Notes: generated by a model from the sequence alone, not told the origin. Shown: positions 8,939 through 16,955, counted from the stretch's first letter. The stretch is 64,000 bases of DNA from Cyanobium sp. FGCU52 (GCA_024958715.1 JANWUS010000044.1:5009-69008); one strand, 5' to 3'. Program-made: numbers and translations.

Positions 8939-9535
8939 TTGACAAGACCAGAGAAAGTCATTAACCTTGATAGGTCACAGCGTAAATCAATGGAGGATCT
9001 TCTAGAGAACAATGACACTGGGAAAGTCACCTACAAAAGGCACAATAAAGTTATCGTTTTCGCGGCTCTGACTGGTGTTGTATTTACTGGCGTTATAGTT
9101 GTTGCTTTCTTAACAAGTCTCATTGGCAAGAGCGGTGGGGAGCAGTTCCCAAAGGTATATTTTCTACTTATTTCATCCATTCTCGGAGCGCTTGTCAACC
9201 AGCCGTTTCGTGGCGCAGAAGACAATGCAAGCAAAGGGGCCTCTCTATTGGTTCTATATTTGGCATGGAAATGCGCAATTGCTTCTGTATTCGCCATTAT
9301 TGTTAATCTTATCTTTATCTCGGGCGTGATTAGTGGCGAGCTATTCCCGCAGTTTGAGGGAGCAAATAGGTCCTATAGAGACATGGTTAGCTGGGCACTA
9401 GAAGTAGATCCCAAGACCAATGCGGATATGGCTAAAATGTTGATCTGGAGTTTTGTTGCTGGTTATTCAGAAAAACTTGTTCCAAACATGGTGACGAAGA
9501 TCTTTGTCATGCCGGAGCAGGACAATAGAGGATAA
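8939..9535 (+). CDS. Uncharacterised multi-pass membrane protein (cassette 8836-9681)
   Basis: About four hydrophobic segments; GELFPQF and AKMLIWSFVAGYSEKLVP motifs; alternative start ATG 8990. Confidence 0.7.
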   Translation: MTRPEKVINLDRSQRKSMEDLLENNDTGKVTYKRHNKVIVFAALTGVVFTGVIVVAFLTSLIGKSGGEQFPKVYFLLISSILGALVNQPFRGAEDNASKGASLLVLYLAWKCAIASVFAIIVNLIFISGVISGELFPQFEGANRSYRDMVSWALEVDPKTNADMAKMLIWSFVAGYSEKLVPNMVTKIFVMPEQDNRG

Positions 9536-9603
9536 GAAATAAATATAGATTGAATGTCCTGGGATTAAGTCAAGTTTTGGGATTTTGTGATGCCAAAGCA
9601 GCC

Positions 9604-9687
9604 TTCCAACATCAAGATGCAGAAGACAGGACCGTAGTCTGCTTCCTGTGCCGAGGTTTATGCCCGCTTCTGATCTTGGCGTTAGAT
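9604..9687 (+). mobile_element. attC site 3, 84 bp
   Basis: TTCCAAC (9604-9610) is the reverse complement of GTTGGAA at 8835. Arms caagat[g]cagaag / cttctgatcttg; ends GTTAGAT (9681-9687). Confidence 0.85.
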
Positions 9688-9812
9688 GGGCCCAAAGGCT
9701 TCCTTCCTGCCAACTCCTTCTGCCTTGCTCCCAAGTTGGATTCTGCAGAACTTAATGCGTAAGTCGCAGCCCTGGACTATACTCTCAAGGACATTCATAT
9801 TCTTATGATGCC

Positions 9813-10340
9813 ATGAAGAGAGAGCAAGCTCTTATTGAAACTCTCTTGGCCGAAATTGAATCAATGCCGATTGGCAATGGCGGGACGGTGCCAGCGCAGT
9901 ACTTCTTCTTGAAGCTGAACAACATTTCCTCGGAGCTTAATCCTGGCCACTTCGCCGCAATTGAGTCCGCGCTCACAGCTGTTCGACAGCATGAAAACCT
10001 TCCCTTCTCACAGGGAAAGATCACCTATCACCTTAGGCTACTTCTTGAAGAAGGTCTCATAAGCGCTGTGCTGTCTGAGACCTATGACGGCACTTTTATC
10101 GCCGTGAAGGGTCTAACAGCGAAAGAGCATAACTACTTGGACGACCGTCGTAAAAAGGAAGAGGGGCCGCTCTTAAAGGCGCTCAACGCATCCAAGGCGA
10201 ACGCTCCTGAATGGGTTGCACGATCCCTGATCACAGATGGCTTAAAATGGTTTCTTGGATTTGTAGGAATCCTCGCTACTTCTCAGATTCCTGCCGTTAA
10301 GCAGTTTTTGCTTAGTGCTTGGTTTGGTCAGCATCATTGA
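9813..10340 (+). CDS. DUF2513-like protein with C-terminal hydrophobic extension (cassette 9682-10480)
   Basis: MKREQALIETLLAEIE ... ITYHLRLLLEEGLI ... GLTAKEHNYLD matches the recalled DUF2513 pattern MKRD.DLIR.ILL.IE/YH..LL...GLI/LT..GH.FLD. Confidence 0.6.
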   Translation: MKREQALIETLLAEIESMPIGNGGTVPAQYFFLKLNNISSELNPGHFAAIESALTAVRQHENLPFSQGKITYHLRLLLEEGLISAVLSETYDGTFIAVKGLTAKEHNYLDDRRKKEEGPLLKALNASKANAPEWVARSLITDGLKWFLGFVGILATSQIPAVKQFLLSAWFGQHH

Positions 10341-10398
10341 GGAAGACTCTGATCGATTACAGTCAGTTACTTGGGACTCATTCTTGCAGCGATAGGCC

Positions 10399-10486
10399 AT
10401 CTAACATCAAGATCCAGCGGCCTGGGCAAGGGGTTGCCTGAAATGCGTGCTGAGATTTCTGCCGCCGCTGATCTTGAGCGTTGGGC
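10399..10486 (+). mobile_element. attC site 4, 88 bp
   Basis: ATCTAAC (10399-10405) is the reverse complement of GTTAGAT at 9681. Arms tcaagat[c]cagcggc / gccgctgatcttga; ends GTTGGGC (10480-10486). Confidence 0.88.
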
Positions 10487-10499
10487 GCCAGGAGGTACC

Positions 10500-10532
10500 A
10501 TGAGTATTCTCAAGAGGAGGGCCAAGTCATGA
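10500..10532 (+). other. 10-codon leader mini-ORF (MSILKRRAKS) whose stop overlaps the cupin start
   Basis: AGGAGGT at 10490-10496 precedes ATG 10500; TGA 10530-10532 overlaps ATG 10529. Confidence 0.35.
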
Positions 10533-10972
10533 GTTCCAAGCCATTTGTCGTCAGACCAGCTGATCGCAAGCCGGCTCTTACCGTTGTCGGCACTCAGGTC
10601 ACCGTCCTTGCATCAGGGTCCGACACCCAAGACCAGCAGATTACGGTGCAGTTGGGTGACGAAGGGACGGGGCCGCCGCCGCACAGCCACCCTTGGGAAG
10701 AGTCGTTTTACGTCACCAAGGGCCAGGTTGAGTTCACGTGTGGTGGCGAAACTACCAAGTGCACAGCAGGGACACTCGTCCATATTCCAGCCGGTACGGT
10801 TCATGCGTTTAGCTATGGTCCGGGTGGCGGCGAAATGCTGGAAATCACTGGTAGACGAAGCAAGGCGATTTCGATGTTCACCGCGCTGGATCGCGAGGTT
10901 CCGCCTGGTTCGCCAGACGTCGCGAAAGTGATCCAGGTTGCAGGCGAGTACGACGTCAAGTTTCACATCTGA
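10529..10972 (+). CDS. Cupin domain protein (cassette 10481-11090)
   Basis: PPPHSHPWEESFYV..G and IPAGTVHAF cupin motifs; GAGGAGG SD at 10514-10520 supports ATG 10529. Confidence 0.85.
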   Translation: MSSKPFVVRPADRKPALTVVGTQVTVLASGSDTQDQQITVQLGDEGTGPPPHSHPWEESFYVTKGQVEFTCGGETTKCTAGTLVHIPAGTVHAFSYGPGGGEMLEITGRRSKAISMFTALDREVPPGSPDVAKVIQVAGEYDVKFHI

Positions 10973-11001
10973 TTCGGCTCCAGCACTTGCCTGTGCTTGT
11001 C

Positions 11002-11096
11002 GCCCAACAACGCGCTCCAGCCGACGCTCAAGTCGCCGCTGCGCGCTCCATGAGTTCCCTCGCTACGCTCGGCGCGGCTGAGCGCGGGCGTTGGGC
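11002..11096 (+). mobile_element. attC site 5, 95 bp
   Basis: GCCCAAC (11002-11008) is the reverse complement of GTTGGGC at 10480. Arms cgcgct[c]cagcc / ggctgagcgcg; ends GTTGGGC (11090-11096). Canonical RYYYAAC/GTTRRRY. Confidence 0.9.
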
Positions 11097-11231
11097 TGTA
11101 TGCCAGCCTGGGATGACATCTGCCTTAGGTGAGCGCGCCTTGGCCAATTGTGTATGTTCGTGAACATATGGCCATCTGCGTCGCGTGCCATGGCTTGACT
11201 TGGTATCTAGCTATAAGTTAACGGAGCAAGC

Positions 11232-11561
11232 ATGAAAGAATCGCAATCAGATCCAAGCTTGCAAGCTGGCTTTGTTAAGCCTATTGGCCGTTATACGTAT
11301 TCTTTGTTTGCAAGAGATGAGCATGCTGGCCCGATCTTCCTCTATGACACGGGCGGAGCGCTGATAGGGCGCATTTACTTCTTTACTAGAACTCCATCCC
11401 AAGCAACATTGCCACCTCCGTCAATTCGGCAGGATGGAACTGTCGAGCTGGTCTATTGGGTGGCGGCCTTTACGGACATAATTTGTATGCTTGGTAACGA
11501 AGCGTATAAAGCCCTTATTTGGACTGGAGATGATAACAGTCGGATCTCGACCGGCTCTTAG
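11232..11561 (+). CDS. Orphan 109-aa protein (cassette 11091-11731)
   Basis: Single ORF between attC5 and decayed attC6, with ggag upstream of the ATG; no recognisable domain. Confidence 0.55.
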   Translation: MKESQSDPSLQAGFVKPIGRYTYSLFARDEHAGPIFLYDTGGALIGRIYFFTRTPSQATLPPPSIRQDGTVELVYWVAAFTDIICMLGNEAYKALIWTGDDNSRISTGS

Positions 11562-11644
11562 TGATAAGTTAGAAGTAAATTTGCTGCCTTGATCCTTTTG
11601 CGGAGTCCATGCTACGTGGGTTAAGTCTGCCGAGGAGCGGTTTC

Positions 11645-11737
11645 TCCCAGCAAGCCCATCGAGTGCATTGGCCAGCACCATCCCCGCTGCTCAGCAGCCC
11701 CAAACTACTTGCCACCCAGTCAGGGAGAGCGTTAGGC
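11645..11737 (+). mobile_element. Decayed attC site 6, 93 bp
   Basis: tcccagcaagcccatcgagtgcattggcc aligns with the start of attC2 (ttcgaacaagcccctcgagtggacaggcc), but AAC has become AGC and the arms pair poorly. It ends GTTAGGC (11731-11737), directly before the tspO SD and start. Confidence 0.6.
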
Positions 11738-11753
11738 CGCAGGAGGGGCGTCG

Positions 11754-12266
11754 ATGACCGAGCGAAAAGGATTCCGTTGGTGGCATGCCGCGCTCATCCT
11801 CGCGGGTGCCAACGCCATCAGCGCCCTCCCTGCGGGCTTTGGCGGCGACTTCGTCTTCTACAACTCCTTCCGCCAGCCCGCCATCGCCCCGCCTGACTGG
11901 GCCTTCGCCCCGGTGTGGCTGTTCCTCAACGTCACCTCGCTCGTCGCCCTGTCTCGCATCGCCAACTTCCCCGAGCGATCATCTGCCACAACCTTGTTCC
12001 TGTGGTCCGAGGGTGTGGCGTGGGTGCTGTTCGCCGCCTTCACCACGGTGTACTTCCTCCTGCACAGTCCGGTCCTCGCGGCAGCGGACACGGTCGCCGG
12101 GCTCCTGGCCGGCCTGGTCAGCCTGGCGTGCGCTTTCCGGCTCGACCGCCTGTCGGCAGGGTTCATCCTGCTGCGTGTGCTGTGGCTTGTGCTGGCCACC
12201 TACGTGTCGCTGTTCGTGGCTTTGTCTAACGCGGATCCGTTCCTGGGGATCAGCGCCCTCTGGTGA
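11754..12266 (+). CDS. tspO: TspO/MBR family tryptophan-rich sensory protein
   Basis: FYNSFRQPAIAPPDWAFAPVW motif, five hydrophobic segments, AGGAGG SD. Confidence 0.85.
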   Translation: MTERKGFRWWHAALILAGANAISALPAGFGGDFVFYNSFRQPAIAPPDWAFAPVWLFLNVTSLVALSRIANFPERSSATTLFLWSEGVAWVLFAAFTTVYFLLHSPVLAAADTVAGLLAGLVSLACAFRLDRLSAGFILLRVLWLVLATYVSLFVALSNADPFLGISALW

Positions 12267-12274
12267 TGGGCGCC

Positions 12275-12661
12275 ATGAACCCGCAGGTCACCTTCGAGAC
12301 GGATTTCTTCAAGCCGCTGCCCGGTGAAGAGGAGCAGACCAATCCCGGCTGCTATGGGCAAGCGCTGGCGCTGTGGCTCCGGGATCAGCTCGTAAGTCGC
12401 GGTGTGTCTGTGGAAGAGGTTCTGCCGGAAGACTTCGGCTGGGTTGTGCTGGTTACCCGCCAACCCTTCCTGCTCTGGCTGGGTTGTGGCAACACCGATG
12501 GATCCACCACGGAGTGGATCATCTTCCCCCATGCGGAACGTTCGTTGCGGCAGCGCATCTTCGGCGGGCCCGATCCCTCGGCGGCTGTTCAGGAGTTGTG
12601 GAGCCATGTTCAGGTGCTGGTGCCCACCATTCCTGGGTTGCGGGTGGTCACCTGGCAGTAG
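12275..12661 (+). CDS. Hypothetical 128-aa protein
   Basis: VTFETDFF...TNPGCYGQALALWL...EDFGW pattern, a type I recall from gene cassettes; function unknown. Confidence 0.65.
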   Translation: MNPQVTFETDFFKPLPGEEEQTNPGCYGQALALWLRDQLVSRGVSVEEVLPEDFGWVVLVTRQPFLLWLGCGNTDGSTTEWIIFPHAERSLRQRIFGGPDPSAAVQELWSHVQVLVPTIPGLRVVTWQ

Positions 12662-12824
12662 CGCCCTCGGCTCACTGTGCAGGAGGCAAGCGTGAAGCAT
12701 TCTTTGCGGTGTCAGTTCATGACGTGCGTGAGTGGTCTGGGCGACGGCGGCTAGTAAGGGAAACCACTACCTGCCGAGGCGGCAGGCGCCTCGCCTCGTC
12801 CTGGCCTGAGTTCACGAGCCTCCG

Positions 12825-14255
12825 ATGCGACATCCCTGCCTGGCCCTGGCCTCTTCGCTGGTGGCCCTGCTCGCTGCTCCTTCGCTGGCTTCGGCGGCCG
12901 CCCCTCCGGCTCCGCTCACGCCGCAGGAGGCCGTGGCGATCGCCACCGATGCCTACATCTACGGCTATTCGCTCGTCACCACCGACGTGACGCGGCTTCA
13001 GATGTCCAATGTCGCCAAGGCGTCGGAACTGAAGGCGCCGCTCAACCAGTTCCTCAACATCAAGCGCTATCCGCCGGCGACCTACCGCGGCGTGTCGGCG
13101 CCCAATGCCGACACCCTCTATTCCCTGGCCTGGCTCGATCTCAAGCAGCCGCAGGTGTTCAGCCATCCGGACATGGGCAAGCGCTTCCACCTGTTCCCGA
13201 TGGTCGATCTGTGGATGACGATCTTCGCCAGCCCGGGCACCCGCACCGGCGACAGCAAGGCCGCCAACTACCTGATCACCGGTCCCGGCTGGAAGGGCGC
13301 GGTGCCAGCGGGCATGAAGCACATCCCGGCCGCCACGCGCTACATCGTGATCCTCGGCCGCACCTACGCCGACGGCACCGAGGCCGACTACAAGGCCACC
13401 AATGCCCTGCAGGCCCAATACCGGATCACTCCGCTGTCGGCCTGGGGCAAGCCTTACAAACCTGCGCCGCCGCCGGTGGATGCCAACCCCGGCATCTCGA
13501 TGACCGACAAGCCCCAGGCGGTGATCCTGGCGATGGGCACCGAGGGCTACTTCAACTGGCTGAGTAAGCGGATGTGCACCGACGCGCCCGCCTACGCGGC
13601 CGATGCGCCGGCGCTGGCCCGCTTCGCCAGAATCGGCTTCCAGCCCTGCAAGCCCTTCACGCTCTCCAAGCTCAACCCTGCCGTGCAGGCGGCGCTGCAG
13701 GATCTGCCCACCACCGCGCTCGCGCGCATCGGCGCCAACCAGCAGAGCCTGGGGGTGATGGTCAACGGCTGGCAGGTCACCAAGGGGCTGGGCGTCTACG
13801 GCACCGATTACCTCAAGCGCGCTGTGGTGGCCGCCTTCGGCTGGCCGGCTAACCTGCAGCAGGACGCCGTCTACCCCTACACGCTCGTCGACAGCACCGG
13901 CGAGCGGCTCAGCGGCGATCACCGCTACACGCTCACCTTCGCCAAGGGGCAGACGCCGCCGGTGAACGGTTTCTGGTCGATCACGATGTACATGATCGAT
14001 CAGGGCTGGTGGTTCGTGCCCAACCCGCTCAACAAGTTCACCGTGAGCCCGCGCGACAACCTCAAGCCCAATCCCGATGGCTCGATCACCCTCTACCTCC
14101 AGAAGGATTCACCGGGCAAGGACAAGGAAGCCAACTGGTTGCCCGCCCCCGCCGACGACTTCATCCCGATGCTGCGGATGTACTGGCCCAAGGACACAGC
14201 GCCCTCGATCCTCAACGGCACCTGGACGCCGCCGATGGTCAAGCGGGTTCCGTAG
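12825..14255 (+). CDS. Exported DUF1254/DUF1214 domain protein
   Basis: Signal peptide; AYIYGY, PNADTLYSLAWLDL, GFWSITMY, NPDGSITLY and MLRMYWP motifs. Confidence 0.88.
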   Translation: MRHPCLALASSLVALLAAPSLASAAAPPAPLTPQEAVAIATDAYIYGYSLVTTDVTRLQMSNVAKASELKAPLNQFLNIKRYPPATYRGVSAPNADTLYSLAWLDLKQPQVFSHPDMGKRFHLFPMVDLWMTIFASPGTRTGDSKAANYLITGPGWKGAVPAGMKHIPAATRYIVILGRTYADGTEADYKATNALQAQYRITPLSAWGKPYKPAPPPVDANPGISMTDKPQAVILAMGTEGYFNWLSKRMCTDAPAYAADAPALARFARIGFQPCKPFTLSKLNPAVQAALQDLPTTALARIGANQQSLGVMVNGWQVTKGLGVYGTDYLKRAVVAAFGWPANLQQDAVYPYTLVDSTGERLSGDHRYTLTFAKGQTPPVNGFWSITMYMIDQGWWFVPNPLNKFTVSPRDNLKPNPDGSITLYLQKDSPGKDKEANWLPAPADDFIPMLRMYWPKDTAPSILNGTWTPPMVKRVP

Positions 14256-14331
14256 GTCGCCGCCTGTTCGAAAGCAGGCTGGTGAAGGATTCCATCGCTT
14301 TGCTTCCCAGTTTCCCGGCAAGCTGAACACT

Positions 14332-14889
14332 ATGCAGCTCCTTGCGCCTGTGCCAACTATGAACATACGCAGACTGAAAGCTCCCCTTTCACTCCTGGTG
14401 GTGTTCCTTGCATGGGGCGAAGAGAGTGCCGCAACCGCCCAGGTCAACAACTTCTATGCAGGCACGGCTTCTAATGGGCAGGCCGTGAATGTCGACCTGG
14501 GGAGCATCCGCCAGGTCAGCGCCTCGTCGTTGGATTTCACCTACTACCTTGGGGATCTGCGTGTCTACGCCCAGGCCAACTGCCCAGGAAGCTACTGGGT
14601 CAGTTTTCCGGAGAGACAGGTCAACAGGCCACAGTCAAGCGCCACCCAGCGCATGCTCTCGAAGGTGTGTTCCTATCTCGGGGGGTCTTCATCCCCAGCC
14701 CGCTCATCCACAGGCGCAGCGCTTGTCTTTGATCCGCCAAGCAACATCAGGTCGTCCCCGAACGGACCCATTCTCTGCTCTGTTCGCTCTCGCACCATGA
14801 TCAATGTTTATGGCAGATCGGGGCAATGGTACGCAACCGACTTCTGTGGTCCACAGGGCTATATTCATGAAAATCAGCTGAGATTCTGA
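14332..14889 (+). CDS. Exported protein with C-terminal bacterial SH3-like domain
   Basis: Hydrophobic N-terminus (start 14332 or 14359); C-terminal VFDPPSNIRSSPNG...GQWYATDFCG..GYIH..QLRF. Confidence 0.65.
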   Translation: MQLLAPVPTMNIRRLKAPLSLLVVFLAWGEESAATAQVNNFYAGTASNGQAVNVDLGSIRQVSASSLDFTYYLGDLRVYAQANCPGSYWVSFPERQVNRPQSSATQRMLSKVCSYLGGSSSPARSSTGAALVFDPPSNIRSSPNGPILCSVRSRTMINVYGRSGQWYATDFCGPQGYIHENQLRF

Positions 14890-15093
14890 GGCGATGTTCA
14901 TGATGGCTTTCTCGCGACGCCATCGTTCACCACGTTCTCAGCGGGAATCCTGGATCAGCCCCACCGGCAGAGCTTGCTGATGCCGTCATTGCCCGGGGCC
15001 GCACCATGCTGGCGGGTGTGCTCATTTGCGGACAGGCTCTGAAGCTCAAGCCGTCACCTGCAGAAATGCGCTATATAGTCCGACCACGTTGAG

Positions 15094-15162
15094 GTAGGGA
15101 GATCATCTCTCTCTTCCCTGCCTAAAGCCTTGGGCCGAGGCTCAAGGCTTCGCCCAGGCGAA
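15094..15162 (+). promoter_or_regulatory. Three tandem hairpins in the leader of the GMC gene
   Basis: gtagggag..ttccctgc; aagccttgggc-cgag-gctcaaggctt (11 bp with one G-U); ttcgcc-ca-ggcgaa. Confidence 0.3.
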
Positions 15163-15193
15163 CGCAGGATCCACAACCAGACAGGATAAACGT

Positions 15194-16873
15194 ATGACAT
15201 TCAAGCCGGCTGACTATGTGAATTTCGTTGCTGAGCGCACGCGGGCCGGCGAGAGGCTGTTTCTGGAGTACACGGGGCCGCGTAATGACTTTGACATCAT
15301 CATTGTGGGATCAGGCATCGGCGGCGGGTTGCTGGCCGATGATCTGGCTGAACGGGTCGGCAAGAGCAAGCGCATCCTTGTGCTGGAGGCGGGCTCCTAT
15401 CTCTATCCCACACACGCTTACAACTTCTGCCGCTTCCCCAACAGCAGCCTGGCCAAGCATTTCGCTTGTGATACGTTCTGGCAGTCTGGCAATAACTCCA
15501 GCGAATTCTTCATTGATGAGAAGCCTCAGCTCAACTTCGGCGGTCGTTCGATCTTCTGGTCGGGGCTGATCCCAACGCCTCAAGGTTGGGAGATGGACTA
15601 TTTCCCCCAACGTGTGAGGCAGGATCTCAACGGCGGCCTGCTGGAACGGGCGGGTGCGGTGATGCTGGCCTCCCGTTCGATGGGCAGCACGGCAGAGGCG
15701 GTTGTCGCCCGCCTACGCCAATCGAGCCTGGCAGCCGATTTCTCGATTCAGCAAACGCCGCGCGCTCTCCATCAGCCCTATCTCAAGGATGACGGCAGCC
15801 CCAGTGAGGAGCACTTCACCGAACCAACGGGCGTGTTCAACACCGCTGAACTGCTCATCAATCAACTGGGTCTGACTCCCGGCGTCAGCCATGGTGATGG
15901 CCCTGGCCTGCACCTGCTGCTGAATTCCTTCGTGGAGGATGTGCGCCGATCCGGCAGCGGCCATGAGCTTGTGGTGCGCAACACGCTCAGCGGCCAGGCC
16001 CGTATCTTCACGGCTCCGCAGGTGGTGCTGGCCGCTGGCTCGATTGAGAGTCCGAAGCTGCTGCGCCGCTCGTCGCTCTTCGCTTCACTCCCGGCGCCGG
16101 TTCAGGGTCTTGTGGGCAGGGGGCTCACCGATCATCCAACAACGAGTGAGATCTCCACCTACGTGAACCGGATTGGCAATGTCACCCTCGACGCCAGTGA
16201 TCACGCCAAGATCGTTTTCTACTCCAGAGGGCTTCGCGATAACGGCGTCATTCGCTACCCCTTCAATGTTGAGCTCAACCTGAACCACGAGTATTGGCAC
16301 CTGCGGGAGAACGACCCCGGCGAGTCAGCCCGCCCTGCGGGCGGCCCCACGGGTGCGGCACGCGTGGACATCAAGTTCAGCTTCGCCAACTGCCTCGATA
16401 ATGACAACCAGATCCATGCGGCCCCGCCCTTCGGTTATGTGCCGCAGGTTGTTTTCCGCAACCAAAGCTGGGTTGATCATCTCTCCCAGGTTCGCCTGCC
16501 GGCCCTGGCTGGCTGGCAGAAGAGCCCCACGCAGATCTGGGCCGTGCTGAACGACATCACCTACCGGATCATGTCCGAGTTTTCGATGGATGGCGTCTCC
16601 GCCCGGCCCGCAGGAGAGGTGTGGTACGGCCAGGGCGGCAAGGGTTTTGGCTGGGGGACGGTTCATCACGCTGCTGGCAGTCTGCGGATGCCGTATCGCC
16701 CCAGGTTGGATGCCCCCTTCGCGCCTGATTCGGTTGTGGACGAGGATCTGAAGGTGATCGGAACCTCCGGGCTGTATGTCTGCGATATGTCGGTGATGCC
16801 CCTGAGTTGTGCCGCCAATCCGGTGCGCCCTCTGGCCGCCCTGGCCCTGCGTTTATCGCAGCATCTGAGTTAG
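15194..16873 (+). CDS. GMC-family FAD-dependent oxidoreductase
   Basis: DIIIVGSGIGGG dinucleotide fold, RILVLEAG, GGRSIFW, VVLAAGSIESPKLL, HHAAGSLRM, CDMSVMP...ANP motifs. Confidence 0.85.
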   Translation: MTFKPADYVNFVAERTRAGERLFLEYTGPRNDFDIIIVGSGIGGGLLADDLAERVGKSKRILVLEAGSYLYPTHAYNFCRFPNSSLAKHFACDTFWQSGNNSSEFFIDEKPQLNFGGRSIFWSGLIPTPQGWEMDYFPQRVRQDLNGGLLERAGAVMLASRSMGSTAEAVVARLRQSSLAADFSIQQTPRALHQPYLKDDGSPSEEHFTEPTGVFNTAELLINQLGLTPGVSHGDGPGLHLLLNSFVEDVRRSGSGHELVVRNTLSGQARIFTAPQVVLAAGSIESPKLLRRSSLFASLPAPVQGLVGRGLTDHPTTSEISTYVNRIGNVTLDASDHAKIVFYSRGLRDNGVIRYPFNVELNLNHEYWHLRENDPGESARPAGGPTGAARVDIKFSFANCLDNDNQIHAAPPFGYVPQVVFRNQSWVDHLSQVRLPALAGWQKSPTQIWAVLNDITYRIMSEFSMDGVSARPAGEVWYGQGGKGFGWGTVHHAAGSLRMPYRPRLDAPFAPDSVVDEDLKVIGTSGLYVCDMSVMPLSCAANPVRPLAALALRLSQHLS

Positions 16874-16914
16874 CCCCTGCAGGCCAGCGCCATGGGTGTC
16901 TGGCGTCATTCCTG

Positions 16915-16954
16915 GGCTGGGTTGCGGCAACACATCTTCGGCGGCTCCGATCCC
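16915..16954 (+). repeat. Deleted relic copy of part of the 12275..12661 gene
   Basis: 16921-16954 matches 12544-12577 at 30/34 nt; 16915-16933 matches 12477-12495 at 18/19 nt. Confidence 0.7.
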
Positions 16955-16955
16955 C

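Noticed and set aside
11195-11217. Sigma70 promoter TTGACT ... TATAAG before the 109-aa ORF
   Set aside because: The spacer is 11 nt, far from 16-18.
6766-11737. Reading the recurring intergenic elements as a CRISPR array or REP repeats
   Set aside because: The units differ in sequence, are separated by whole genes and have attC geometry; no cas genes are present.
12224-12271. Possible attC closing the tspO cassette (GTCTAAC ... GATGGGC)
   Set aside because: Only 48 bp, lacks the invariant GTT, has weak arm pairing and lies inside the tspO coding frame. It could be a remnant but is not supportable.
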